A stretch of 64,000 bases of DNA from Bacteroidaceae bacterium (GCA_963675625.1 OY776497.1:2636409-2700408), one strand, 5' to 3'. Numbered from the stretch's first letter, positions 19,927 through 29,780 are shown. The notes: generated by a model not told the origin, from the sequence alone. Numbers and translations: made by a program.

Positions 19927-20574
19927 ATGAAAACACCAAAAAAAATCATCATCATGGCACTGGCTATTGCAGCGACCTGCGTTAGCTGTGTGACACAAGA
20001 AAGTGCTTCACATAATATCATGGCTATACATAAAGGTATGACTATGGATGAGGTGCTACACTTATTTAATAAACCACAGTATAGACGATTCAACCAAGAA
20101 GGCGAAGAGTGGGAGTATAAAATTACTAGTTTATGGAATGACGATAAAATGCTTGTTATCCAGTTTGAAGACCAACATGTAGTAGGAATGGACTCATATG
20201 TAGTACCAGCTAAAGAGTCTACTAATAATGTGGTGACTGTTGATAGTAATGCGTCTGATGAATACGATCATCACCATTTTTTCTCAAGAAGATGTAGCGA
20301 TGAAGAATTTCATCAGTTGTATGCAAGTATGAAAAGTGAGGCGTTTAATGATGACAAGATGAAACTCTTGGCATTGGGCGTTGACCATAAACTATTCACT
20401 TGTGAACAAGCTATCAAGTTGATGTCTCAATTTTCTTTCTCAGATGAACGAATGGATGTACTTGAAATACTCGCCCCTCGCATAGTCGACAAGGAACGAG
20501 TATCAAGTATTATAAAGAAATATCCTTTATTGGATGAAGATAAAATCTATGCTTTATTTATGAAGAGTAGATAA
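19927..20574 (+). CDS. DUF4476-like lipoprotein
   Basis: Lipobox (AATCVSC) and a C-terminal region resembling DUF4476 (DDKMKLL...FSFSDERMDVLEIL). Confidence 0.65.
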   Translation: MKTPKKIIIMALAIAATCVSCVTQESASHNIMAIHKGMTMDEVLHLFNKPQYRRFNQEGEEWEYKITSLWNDDKMLVIQFEDQHVVGMDSYVVPAKESTNNVVTVDSNASDEYDHHHFFSRRCSDEEFHQLYASMKSEAFNDDKMKLLALGVDHKLFTCEQAIKLMSQFSFSDERMDVLEILAPRIVDKERVSSIIKKYPLLDEDKIYALFMKSR

Positions 20575-21261
20575 AGCTTGGTCTACTTGCTTATATATAG
20601 CTTGCATGCCCACGATACTTGGGTGTCCATATTGCTTGTCAATATCGTGTAAGCTAATTATAGGCACGTTATAGTGTGCACAAATTGTGTATACACTTTC
20701 ATTGATCTCATCTTTCAATTCTGAATTTAGAATATAGTAGACTTCTGCTTTTTTGTAATAGTCCTTAATATGAGTCAGTAAAAAGGCTAATGCAGGACGA
20801 AAGGCCTTTTTGTCTTCTTGGCTAATGTCTTGGTACTTATATTCTCCGATAGGGGAATTGGCCCAACTATCATTGGTCGCTCCAAAAATTAAAATAATAT
20901 CAGGGTGCCCCAGACGTTTGTATCGTGTTACAAATGCGCTGTGGGTACTGTCTTTGGCATCATAGCCAGTGGTGCATATAGTCGACCCAGAATAGGAGTC
21001 ATTAACTTCTAGTGAATACTTGTCTGTATCGGTCAATAATTTCCACCAAGTTTGATCGACTTCTTTGACGTCATTATGTTCTCCTCCTTCATTGACCCCT
21101 TGGGCATACCACCATGCATAATCTTCTGGGATATAATTTTTAAAAGTGGAATAAGAATCTCCCATGATGGATACTTTCTTGACGACTTGTCTATCACTAG
21201 CACAACTAGTGAAGAGTAGAGATGAGGCTACCAAAATGGCAGCAAATACCTGTTTAATCAT
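20554..21261 (-). CDS. SGNH/GDSL-family hydrolase lipoprotein
   Basis: Lipobox LFTSC and block I MGDSYS. Its 3' end overlaps the convergent neighbour by 21 nt. Confidence 0.75.
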   Translation of the reverse strand: MIKQVFAAILVASSLLFTSCASDRQVVKKVSIMGDSYSTFKNYIPEDYAWWYAQGVNEGGEHNDVKEVDQTWWKLLTDTDKYSLEVNDSYSGSTICTTGYDAKDSTHSAFVTRYKRLGHPDIILIFGATNDSWANSPIGEYKYQDISQEDKKAFRPALAFLLTHIKDYYKKAEVYYILNSELKDEINESVYTICAHYNVPIISLHDIDKQYGHPSIVGMQAIYKQVDQALSTLHK

Positions 21262-21478
21262 TGTCTTATTTTTAGGTTATGTAATGGATGTACAAAGTAA
21301 ATGTTTTTTCTGTATCAAGACAAATAAATGGGGAAACAATAGATCATTTGCGAGAAATGATGTGTTTTTTAGAAAGAAAATCGCTTTTTATGGGCTTATT
21401 GAGTTATATGTAGTATTTTTGATACATCTATATTTTGTAAATAAAATCGTAACTTTTGTACATTAAAAAAAGAAGACT

Positions 21479-21817
21479 ATGAAAAATTTGATAGCTTGTT
21501 GTGGTTTAGACTGTGAACATTGTGATGCTCGTATTGCTACAGTCAACAATGATAATGAATTGCGTGAAGAAATTGCTCGAAAATGGAGTGAGATGAATCA
21601 GACCTCTGAAATTACAGCTGAAACTATCAATTGTATGGGATGTCGTACAGCTGGGGTAAAACTATCCTATTGTGATCATTATTGTGAAATTCGCACATGT
21701 GTCGTTAAGAAAGGCTTCGAGACTTGTGCTGAATGTAACAAATTGGATTCTTGTTTTATTGTAGGTGCAGTGTTAAAAAATGCCCCTGATGCAAAGAAGA
21801 ATTTAATTGATAATTAG
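21479..21817 (+). CDS. DUF3795-like small Cys-rich protein
   Basis: CCGLDCEHCDAR ... CMGCR ... CEIRTC ... CAECNKLDSC pattern. Confidence 0.7.
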   Translation: MKNLIACCGLDCEHCDARIATVNNDNELREEIARKWSEMNQTSEITAETINCMGCRTAGVKLSYCDHYCEIRTCVVKKGFETCAECNKLDSCFIVGAVLKNAPDAKKNLIDN

Positions 21818-21862
21818 CTTCCAATTTATTTGGTAATGTACAATTGATATTGATTATACAGG

Positions 21863-21912
21863 TTCTCTACTCTGTATAGTTTACCTACACAAAGTAGAGA
21901 ATATATTTTTTT
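21863..21912 (+). terminator. Hairpin plus T-run after the DUF3795 gene
   Basis: 9-bp stem ttctctact / agtagagaa, then tatattttttt. Confidence 0.45.
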
Positions 21913-21995
21913 ATTTGCAACTTACTTAAGGTATCAATAAACTAGCGGGTGAAAAATATCTTTGAAGCAATTCTGAAACTTAATTTGTTAGATAC

Positions 21996-22616
21996 TTAAA
22001 AGGATACATTGTTTATTATACCTTGTAATTCACTGAGAAAATGACTGGCATGAGCTCCATCCATTTGAACGTGATGAAATTGAAAAGAAATATTTAATTT
22101 CTTCCTAAAAAAGAAGCTTTTGTATTTACTCCAAATTAGATATGGATTGTTATATATTCCACTGTACATTCCCACTACGCCATCTAAATCATATTGAACT
22201 AAAGCTGAGGTCCCAATTACCATACAGTTCTCCGCATCATAGTTAGTGCATGTTTCTGCAACATGTTTTGTTAGACGGAGATATTCATCATTGAATTGTT
22301 TAATATTCTTGTCAAAAGGTATGTCACATGAATTAATACTACCATTTATGTTCATTACAATGGTGTTAATAGCTAATTGATCATATTGTATCAATTTATT
22401 ATTTACAGGAAGGAGTTGAAATTCTGGCACCCTGCTAGCAGCTAAACCAATGGCATAGCACATCATCATATTAAATTTCAACTTGTTTTTATTGGCATAT
22501 CTATATAGATGAGTCACATCCAATTTTTTGAAAAATGTAACCATGGGCATAGGTGCACTCATCCATAAGTCAAAAGCCATAGAACGCGACGTCTCTTTAG
22601 GGTTGACTTCTTTCAT
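21996..22616 (-). CDS. CatA-like (chloramphenicol acetyltransferase fold) O-acetyltransferase
   Basis: C-terminal catalytic motif FHHVQMDGAHASHF, about 206 aa. Confidence 0.7.
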   Translation of the reverse strand: MKEVNPKETSRSMAFDLWMSAPMPMVTFFKKLDVTHLYRYANKNKLKFNMMMCYAIGLAASRVPEFQLLPVNNKLIQYDQLAINTIVMNINGSINSCDIPFDKNIKQFNDEYLRLTKHVAETCTNYDAENCMVIGTSALVQYDLDGVVGMYSGIYNNPYLIWSKYKSFFFRKKLNISFQFHHVQMDGAHASHFLSELQGIINNVSF

Positions 22617-22664
22617 GTTAAGTTTGTATTGTTTATACTATTTGTTGTTGAAGTGCTGAACGTA

Positions 22665-22697
22665 TTTCAGGCGCTCTCGTGTTGAGAGCGCCTGAAA
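22665..22697 (-). terminator. 14-bp GC-rich hairpin between the Fe-ADH and CatA-like genes (no U-tract)
   Basis: tttcaggcgctctc-gtgtt-gagagcgcctgaaa. Confidence 0.45.
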
Positions 22698-22720
22698 CAA
22701 GAGTGATAGTAAAGTCGGGA

Positions 22721-23893
22721 TTACATACTTTCATTTAGCACTTGCATAAGTTCCTCTGGAGTAAGCTTATGATAGCCAGCGTCAAGGATAATACTACCTT
22801 TGGCAATGCCTTCTAGCATTTCTTTTGTACCTCCTAATTCGCTGATAGTTAGCGGAAGACCAATCTCTACCATCCATGCTTTCAATGCTTCAAGACCTTC
22901 TTGAGCGACTTGTACATCTGTTTTGCCCTCTGGGTTGATTTTCCATACATTTTCGGCAAATCGTTTGAACTTAGGAAGTCCGTCGTTAAGAATGAGTGTA
23001 TAATAAGGCAATGATACAGCAGCTAGCGCATATCCATGTGGAGCATGGGTATAAGCACCTACTGAGTGTCCTATCATGTGTACTTCCCAATCTTGTTGCT
23101 TGCCTGCACCGATAAGTGTATTCAACGCCCATGTTGCTGTCCACATGATATTTGAACGAGCTTCATAGTCTTGAGGATTCTTTACAGCTACACGAGAGGC
23201 CTTAATCAGTCCACACATCAATCCTTCAGCGATATAGTCGGATGTATTGTCATCATCGCCAGAGAAATATTGTTCCATAATATGCGACATGATATCAAAA
23301 ATACCAGCTTTCATTTGATTTTCTGGAACCGAGAATGTGTATTCTGGATTAAGTATAGAGAACTTAGGCATCATACGTTCGTCAAAGACATGACCAATTT
23401 TAAATGAATTCTTGACATCTGTAATAACAGAACCACCATTCATTTCCGAACCAGTACCTGCCATTGTCAAGACACAACCTATAGGGAGTACCTTTTGGTC
23501 GGCAGCAGGATCTTGTTGGTGAAGATAAAATGTTTCCCAAGGATCACCTTCGTAAAACGCTGCGGCTGCTACTCCTTTGGAATAGTCGCATACAGAGCCA
23601 CCTCCTACAGAAAGAATAAGATCGACATCATTTTCTTTGGCGATTTTAATACCTTCTAGAAGTTTTTCAAGAGTAGGGTTGGACATAACTCCTGGGTTTT
23701 CCACTACTTTCTTTCCAGCTTCTTTTAACACCGCAATTACTTGGTCGTAAATACCATTACGCTTGATACTACCGCCACCGTAGTTTAGCATGACAGTTGC
23801 ACCGTACTTGTCAAGTTCGTCTCGTAAAAACTTCAGAGATTCTTTTCCGAAGTACAATCTTGTTGGATTGTGAAAACTAAAATTTCCTAGCAT
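22721..23893 (-). CDS. Iron-containing alcohol dehydrogenase (butanol-DH-like)
   Basis: SVGGGSVCDYSKG, and the His cluster HMIGH...HG typical of Fe-ADH. Confidence 0.9.
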   Translation of the reverse strand: MLGNFSFHNPTRLYFGKESLKFLRDELDKYGATVMLNYGGGSIKRNGIYDQVIAVLKEAGKKVVENPGVMSNPTLEKLLEGIKIAKENDVDLILSVGGGSVCDYSKGVAAAAFYEGDPWETFYLHQQDPAADQKVLPIGCVLTMAGTGSEMNGGSVITDVKNSFKIGHVFDERMMPKFSILNPEYTFSVPENQMKAGIFDIMSHIMEQYFSGDDDNTSDYIAEGLMCGLIKASRVAVKNPQDYEARSNIMWTATWALNTLIGAGKQQDWEVHMIGHSVGAYTHAPHGYALAAVSLPYYTLILNDGLPKFKRFAENVWKINPEGKTDVQVAQEGLEALKAWMVEIGLPLTISELGGTKEMLEGIAKGSIILDAGYHKLTPEELMQVLNESM

Positions 23894-23920
23894 ATCTATA
23901 ATGTGTTAATTATTAAATCC

Positions 23921-24952
23921 TTATTTAAGTTTGTCATATTCTTCATCAGTGACTGGCTCAAGCCATTCATTGCTGGCGTCTTCACCGACTCTAGTATTGT
24001 ATGTCAAGTGTTGGAACCAACTGTCTTTTGCTGCTCCGTGCCAGTGTTTTACACCTTCAGGAATAGCGATGACGCTTCCTTCAGTCATTTCTACAGCTTC
24101 TTTACCTTCTTCTTGATACCAGCCGCGACCACTTACGCAGATAAGTACTTGAACACACTGATGATGTGTGTGCCAATTGTTGCGACAACGAGGTTCGAAA
24201 GTGACGTTTATAGGACCACCGTTTTGTGTATCCATAAGTGCTAGATAACTGTCGCCGATAAAATATTTGGCATATGCAGTGTTAAGTTCACCTTTAGGCC
24301 ACACGCTGAAATCAACTGGTGCACCTTCATTGAAAGGCTGTTGCAATATCCCAGCAATGGCTTTGCGTGCACGAAAAGCTTCCATCGAACCCACTTCCTT
24401 ATCTAATACTTCTGGAATCAGTTCCAATTCTTCTACTTGTACACCCATATTTAAAGCACCGCCTACATGTGATATTAATTGAGATTCTACTCCATCAATA
24501 GCAGACAAAGCACTTACTGTAACGATCTCTCTGTCTGATTCGGACAATACATCACTTGCGAAGATGTCTCCAAATAGATGGGCTTTTAAATAATAATCTG
24601 CTTGAGGGGCAAATGTATAATTAAATGGATTACCCCCACATAATTTGGTTTGTATATCTGTACCCGTTTTCAGTGCATCGAAGTCGTTAGGCATCACAAA
24701 GTCCTTACCTGTGACTGTTTCCTTTCCCTTTGTATCTCTATCCGATACGACTTTTTGCAATACGCCAAGAGCGTTTAGAGAACGAGGAAAACCTGCATAA
24801 GCATATAAATGTGATAGCACTTCTTTCAGTTCATTGACTGTTACTTTGTTATCCAATGCCTTATTGATTGCCTCTTCAAGGTTGTTCAAATCACCTTTTG
24901 CTGCTAATGCCGCAATTGCGACAAAGCTTTTTTGTTTATTGCTTAATTCCAT
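23921..24952 (-). CDS. Carboxymuconolactone-decarboxylase-family / cupin fusion protein
   Basis: Two CMD-like helical repeats, then a cupin core (NWHTHH...GRGWYQEEG...HWHG). Confidence 0.75.
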   Translation of the reverse strand: MELSNKQKSFVAIAALAAKGDLNNLEEAINKALDNKVTVNELKEVLSHLYAYAGFPRSLNALGVLQKVVSDRDTKGKETVTGKDFVMPNDFDALKTGTDIQTKLCGGNPFNYTFAPQADYYLKAHLFGDIFASDVLSESDREIVTVSALSAIDGVESQLISHVGGALNMGVQVEELELIPEVLDKEVGSMEAFRARKAIAGILQQPFNEGAPVDFSVWPKGELNTAYAKYFIGDSYLALMDTQNGGPINVTFEPRCRNNWHTHHQCVQVLICVSGRGWYQEEGKEAVEMTEGSVIAIPEGVKHWHGAAKDSWFQHLTYNTRVGEDASNEWLEPVTDEEYDKLK

Positions 24953-24969
24953 TTTATTTAATATTTTGT

Positions 24970-25488
24970 TTATTCTTCAACCAATGATAGTGTAACTGTA
25001 ACGCCACCCTTACCAAGAATGCTTTTTAGTGCTGTTCCTGTTATATTATCTATTTTACCTAGTCGAGTGAAACTCCAACTGTTAGGTGCATAATATATTA
25101 CCAGCATATTACCTTGATACAAGATAATATCTCCAGCTTCTGTTGTAATTGACGTGTCGTTTCGAGGAAAAGACTGTCCGAGAGATCCCACCTTCTCCAT
25201 ATTACCATAGTCATCCATGTCTACAACAATATTTTTTGTCTTCAAAACTTGTACCAAAGAGTCGACTGAACTATTACCAGCCAAAGTCGCTGTCAAGATA
25301 TGATTCCCTATCGCTAGTTTAATCTTTTTATTTTCCATATTATCGTCATTTGTTGAATTTTGTTGTGAATCAGTAGTTATAGTATTTTCTTCATTCTGCT
25401 CTGTTGGCAGGATGTCTCCTTTGCTACAAGCAGCTAGTGACATCGTCGTCAAGAAAAGAAACAATATAAAAAGTATTGTTTTGTTCAT
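24970..25488 (-). CDS. Cyclophilin-like-fold lipoprotein
   Basis: Lipobox (SLAAC) and a C-terminal GDIILYQGNMLVIYY motif, as in cyclophilin-like (non-PPIase) family proteins. Confidence 0.6.
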   Translation of the reverse strand: MNKTILFILFLFLTTMSLAACSKGDILPTEQNEENTITTDSQQNSTNDDNMENKKIKLAIGNHILTATLAGNSSVDSLVQVLKTKNIVVDMDDYGNMEKVGSLGQSFPRNDTSITTEAGDIILYQGNMLVIYYAPNSWSFTRLGKIDNITGTALKSILGKGGVTVTLSLVEE

Positions 25489-25515
25489 TTTCGTTCATTT
25501 TTCAAATTGTGTTTC

Positions 25516-25869
25516 TTATTTTAGCTCTACGGTAAAAGTAACATTTTCTGGTAGATTTCTCACTAAATAAAGGTCATTTTCATCAATATGCGCAATTATC
25601 ATCATGTGTTTATAGACATCTGACTTTTCCTCGCCATCAAAAAGAATGGCAAACCATCCTCCACCTAGCGATATATCGCCGTTCTTCCATCCAGTTTGCA
25701 TTTCATCAACATCGTAAAGACCTGACTCCGCTATGCAACAATAATCTACTGGCGAACGGTGCCCAAAGACTGTAAACGGGAGTCTCTTTTTAAAGTCATG
25801 TGCTGCAACAGTATTATTTAATTGTGCTGGAATCATCACATTGCCTGCCTTGATTATAATTTTATCCAT
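25516..25869 (-). CDS. Cyclophilin-like-fold small protein (cytoplasmic paralogue type)
   Basis: GDISLGGGWFAILFDGEE motif. No signal peptide. Confidence 0.6.
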   Translation of the reverse strand: MDKIIIKAGNVMIPAQLNNTVAAHDFKKRLPFTVFGHRSPVDYCCIAESGLYDVDEMQTGWKNGDISLGGGWFAILFDGEEKSDVYKHMMIIAHIDENDLYLVRNLPENVTFTVELK

Positions 25870-25890
25870 AGTAACTTATTTATTATGGTG

Positions 25891-25898
25891 CAAAGATA
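25891..25898 (-). promoter_or_regulatory. Bacteroidota -7 box (TATCTTTG on coding strand)
   Basis: CAAAGATA on the + strand, 22 nt upstream of the ATG at 25869. Confidence 0.45.
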
Positions 25899-25985
25899 GG
25901 GCATAAAACGAATGTAGTGGTTACGAAAATCCACTTTAAAATGTAGAAAACAGGAATATACTTGTGGATATACCATCCATTTCTC

Positions 25986-25993
25986 TATATTTG
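25986..25993 (+). promoter_or_regulatory. Bacteroidota -7 box TATATTTG
   Basis: Exact match 19 nt upstream of the ATG at 26012. Divergent from the 25891 box. Confidence 0.45.
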
Positions 25994-26011
25994 TACTGAA
26001 AATAAGAATGT

Positions 26012-26845
26012 ATGAAGATTCAATTAGTCACGCCAGAAAAGCCAGTATCTATTCTAGATGGTGTATTTCAAGAGTACATCAAAGATAAGATTGTAGTCGA
26101 TTGTGGTCATATTATACTGGTACGTAAGGGATCTGCTACACTAAAAGTAAACTTTCGTGAAGTGCAGCAGAAAAAAGATGTTGTGGTGATTCTATTTCCT
26201 GGTGATGCGGTGATGGTAGAAAATGTCAGTCCCGATTTTGAAATAGAATATATGGTCTATACCGAATTGATTCTAAACTATGCACTGCTGGGTCTGAAAT
26301 CCTTTTCGATTGAAACATTTAAAGAGTATTATCATTCCTCATCCAAAGAAATCTCTATTCTCGCAGATAGTCTGTTCAATATAATAAATGCTTCTATTGG
26401 TTTTGGTACAGTAGACGATGCTATCAGAATCTCCGTTTATCAGTTGAGTGCTTTTTTTACCGCATATCATGCCTATTTAGTAAGCACAGGGGTTGATGTC
26501 GGACATTATTCCTCGCGGTCGAAGGAGCTATTTGCTAAGTTCATTCAATTGCTTCATGATAATTTTAAAGAGTCAAGAAACGTGGCGTATTACGCAGATG
26601 CAATGAATGTAACGCCAAGATATCTTACCAAAATAGTTACTGAGTGTACGGGTTCATCAGCCAAGAAGAATATTGATGAGTATGTCATCATGCAAATTAA
26701 ATTGGTCATATTAAATACAGACGATGCAATCAATGATATAGCATGGAGTTTTAAATTCGAGAACTTCTCTTTCTTCTGCGACTACTTTAAGCGACACACA
26801 GGATTAACTCCTAATGAATATCGAAATAAGTATTCAAGGATTTGA
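26012..26845 (+). CDS. AraC-family transcriptional regulator
   Basis: C-terminal AraC HTH (DIAWSFKFENFSFFCDYFKRHTGLTPNEYR). Divergent from the cyclophilin-like operon. Confidence 0.88.
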   Translation: MKIQLVTPEKPVSILDGVFQEYIKDKIVVDCGHIILVRKGSATLKVNFREVQQKKDVVVILFPGDAVMVENVSPDFEIEYMVYTELILNYALLGLKSFSIETFKEYYHSSSKEISILADSLFNIINASIGFGTVDDAIRISVYQLSAFFTAYHAYLVSTGVDVGHYSSRSKELFAKFIQLLHDNFKESRNVAYYADAMNVTPRYLTKIVTECTGSSAKKNIDEYVIMQIKLVILNTDDAINDIAWSFKFENFSFFCDYFKRHTGLTPNEYRNKYSRI

Positions 26846-26854
26846 TGAATTTGT

Positions 26855-27157
26855 TTATTTAATTACCTCAATAAGAAAACTTACGGGCCGAAAACCGTCG
26901 TTGCAGGAAATCATGGCTGATTGAGGGTTCTTCATCCAGCCATTGTAAAAATTACCACCACCATGTGCCAAGGTCATCACGAATGGTTGCATGGATTGCC
27001 ATGCACTTTCACACAAGCCTTCTGGTCGCTGATTATCGACAGATATAAATGTCTGGCCTTCCTGCATGGAACAAGCATGTTCAATAGGATTTTCATACAT
27101 GGCCGACAAGTCTTCGTAATGAACCTTACGGATTACTGTTATTTTTACTTTTTCCAT
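26855..27157 (-). CDS. TIGR04076-like small Cys-containing protein
   Basis: 100 aa with HACSMQEGQTF ... GLCESAW ... ISCNDGFRPVSF, as I recall for this family. Confidence 0.55.
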   Translation of the reverse strand: MEKVKITVIRKVHYEDLSAMYENPIEHACSMQEGQTFISVDNQRPEGLCESAWQSMQPFVMTLAHGGGNFYNGWMKNPQSAMISCNDGFRPVSFLIEVIK

Positions 27158-27199
27158 TATCCTTCTTTTTTTGACTATAGACTTTGGAAGCTAGTATTC

Positions 27200-28630
27200 T
27201 TATTTTCCGATACAGAAATTCTTAAAGATATTACCCAGCACTTGATCTGTGGTGACTTCACCTATGATATCATTGAGATAATAGATTGCTTCACGAATGT
27301 CCTGTGAAAGTAAATCACCAGGAATCTCCATCTCTAGTCCGTCACGTACACGATCTATTGCTTCTAATGCGTGTGTCAAAGCTTCAAAGTGACGGGCATT
27401 GGTGACAATCAGTTGATGTTCATTTAGGTTTGGAATATTGGCTTCTTCCTGAAGCATATCTAGTAGTTCTGGGATACCTTGTTGGGTCTTCGCACTGATT
27501 GTAAGCGAATGAATGGTAGAAGAATCGATCGTTTTCTCTACTTCTGCCATCAATTCATTTTTTAAGCGCATATGACTTTCATCTAGACTATCTACCTTAT
27601 TAAAGAGCATAATCGTCGATTTCTCTTGCATATGTGCAGCTAGTTTAGGGAGCAGGTGGAGCACCTTTTTGATACCTTGTTGTAAGTCAATAATCCAAAG
27701 CACAATTTGTGCTTGGTCAATTTTTTGGTAACTGCGTTGTATGCCGATTCGTTCTATAGTATCTTCTGTTTCACGAAGACCAGCTGTATCAATAAAACGA
27801 TAGGTTACTCCATTGATATTGATTGTATCTTCTACCACATCGCGTGTGGTGCCATGAATATCACTAACAATAGCTTTATCATCTTGGAGTAGGGCATTGA
27901 GTAGAGTCGATTTGCCCGCATTTGTTTGTCCAATTAAAGCTACAGGAATTCCTTGTTTGATCGCGTTACCCACTTGGAAAGAGTTCGCCAATTTCTGAAT
28001 TACAGTATGCAATTCAGAGGCCAATCCTTTTAATTCCGTACGGTCTGCAAACTCAAGTTCCTCGTGATCAGAAAAGTCCAGTTCCAATTCCACCAACGAC
28101 GTAAAGTGCAACAATTGATCACGAAGGCGACGCAATTCAGAAGAAAAACCACCGCGCATTTGATTCATAGCCAATTGATGAGTGGCTTTATTGGTCGAAG
28201 CTATTAGATCGGCTACCGCTTCGGCTTGACTGAGGTCCATTTTGCCATTCATAAATGCTCGTTGTGTGTATTCACCAGGCTGAGCCAGACGGCATCCTTG
28301 AACAATCAGCAATTGAAGCACCTGTTGCAAAATGTAACTAGAGCCATGACAAGCTATTTCGATACAGTCTTCGCCAGTGTAACTATGAGGATTCTTATAG
28401 ACAGACACCAAGACTTCATCAATGATTTCTTTTGTTTGTGGATGAATAATTTGTCCAAAATGCACGGTATATGCATCTTGTGAGGCCAAAGAGAAGGTGT
28501 GGTCACCTTTACGATTGGATGTAAAAATAGTGTCGGCAATCTTAAAAGCATCTGGTCCCGACATGCGTACTATACCGATGGCACCTCCCTGTGCAGTAGC
28601 TATGGCCGCAATTGTATCTTGATGTAACAT
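27200..28630 (-). CDS. mnmE: tRNA modification GTPase MnmE
   Basis: G1 GQTNAGKST, G3 DTAG, G4 NKVD, and the C-terminal FCIGK. Confidence 0.95.
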   Translation of the reverse strand: MLHQDTIAAIATAQGGAIGIVRMSGPDAFKIADTIFTSNRKGDHTFSLASQDAYTVHFGQIIHPQTKEIIDEVLVSVYKNPHSYTGEDCIEIACHGSSYILQQVLQLLIVQGCRLAQPGEYTQRAFMNGKMDLSQAEAVADLIASTNKATHQLAMNQMRGGFSSELRRLRDQLLHFTSLVELELDFSDHEELEFADRTELKGLASELHTVIQKLANSFQVGNAIKQGIPVALIGQTNAGKSTLLNALLQDDKAIVSDIHGTTRDVVEDTININGVTYRFIDTAGLRETEDTIERIGIQRSYQKIDQAQIVLWIIDLQQGIKKVLHLLPKLAAHMQEKSTIMLFNKVDSLDESHMRLKNELMAEVEKTIDSSTIHSLTISAKTQQGIPELLDMLQEEANIPNLNEHQLIVTNARHFEALTHALEAIDRVRDGLEMEIPGDLLSQDIREAIYYLNDIIGEVTTDQVLGNIFKNFCIGK

Positions 28631-28667
28631 ATTTGAGTCTTATTATTTAAAGCCTATATAAGGAGTA

Positions 28668-28675
28668 CAAAGATA
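28668..28675 (-). promoter_or_regulatory. Bacteroidota -7 box (TATCTTTG on coding strand)
   Basis: CAAAGATA on the + strand, 38 nt upstream of the mnmE ATG. Confidence 0.4.
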
Positions 28676-28703
28676 GTGGTTTTTTCCGTGAATACAGAAA
28701 AAG

Positions 28704-29780
28704 TTAATCACTCAATTTTATGGGTAGCAAATCAAGAATGGTGTTGATAGCATCCCAATCGGCACTCGCGTCTGGAGATGAATACGTGAAGCGTAGTGGG
28801 GTGTAGGCCCAGAAAATGGATCCACCAGTTGGGCGATTAACCGCTCCATATTGCCCATGGGCATGGGTGATGATTTCGCGACATATAGATAGCCCCAAGC
28901 CTCGTGTTGACTTCTCAATACGAGATGGCTCTGTATCGTGAAAGAGGGTATTAATATCATCTTCATCAATACCGATACCTTCATCAGCAACATAAAACAC
29001 AGCTTGATTTTTTTCCACATGAATCATGCCAATACGTATCACTCCTTTTTCGCTAAATTTTACCGCATTAGAAATGAAATTTTTAGCCACCTGTACCATG
29101 CGATCTCTATCTTCATAGTAAGCTGCCTCTTTGTATGGATGATCTATTACAACATCTATCGTTTTATTGGTTTTCTGGATTAAAGACAATGCATACACTC
29201 TCATTTCAGTGAGAAATCTGCATGTATCTACTTTATTGCGATTGGCATCCGATGAACTTTGAAGAGTTGTGAGTGTGAGCACATCGTTTATAGTATTCAA
29301 TAGTTCATGAGCTCTTTTATCCAATACCGTAGCATATTCTTTTACCATATCAGGATCTTCTTCATCGATAATAAGTTGAGAGTATCCCACAATGGCATTT
29401 AGAGGAGTACGAATTTCATTGCTCATATTGGCCACGAAATTTGATTTCATAGCATTGTTGTTTTCTATCTTTTGGCGTGCTTCTACAAGAGCAGATTGAT
29501 TGGCAAAAGAAGTAATCTCATATTTGGTGTCATGATATTTAAACATACTTTTCAGGATCATGAATTTTCCCCTGATCTTACTGCCTTCTTCCCCCTTCTT
29601 TTTGGGCATAAAAGAGGTCTTATATGGCAATTGAGCAATCGTTTGTTCGGCAATAATGGCTTTGTCACATTTCGGTTGAAGTTTTTTTCGAATATGATAA
29701 AGATGTATAGCGTACCATAGTAATACGGCCGCTATAATGATATATATAATATATGCTACTAAATCTATACTCATAATCAA
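28704..29780 (-). CDS. Membrane-anchored histidine-kinase-like protein, H-box His replaced by Asn
   Basis: One N-terminal TM. H-box reads FVANMSNEIRTPLNAIVGY (AAT at 29418-29420). N box SNAVKFS, G1 ADEGIGID and G2 GLGLS are present. Confidence 0.85.
   Translation of the reverse strand: MIMSIDLVAYIIYIIIAAVLLWYAIHLYHIRKKLQPKCDKAIIAEQTIAQLPYKTSFMPKKKGEEGSKIRGKFMILKSMFKYHDTKYEITSFANQSALVEARQKIENNNAMKSNFVANMSNEIRTPLNAIVGYSQLIIDEEDPDMVKEYATVLDKRAHELLNTINDVLTLTTLQSSSDANRNKVDTCRFLTEMRVYALSLIQKTNKTIDVVIDHPYKEAAYYEDRDRMVQVAKNFISNAVKFSEKGVIRIGMIHVEKNQAVFYVADEGIGIDEDDINTLFHDTEPSRIEKSTRGLGLSICREIITHAHGQYGAVNRPTGGSIFWAYTPLRFTYSSPDASADWDAINTILDLLPIKLSD

Noticed and set aside
21996-22616. Calling the CAT-fold gene a chloramphenicol-resistance determinant.
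   Set aside because: The catalytic His motif is present, but CatA-like acetyltransferases include many non-resistance enzymes. Without a similarity search or phenotype, only the fold-level call is justified.
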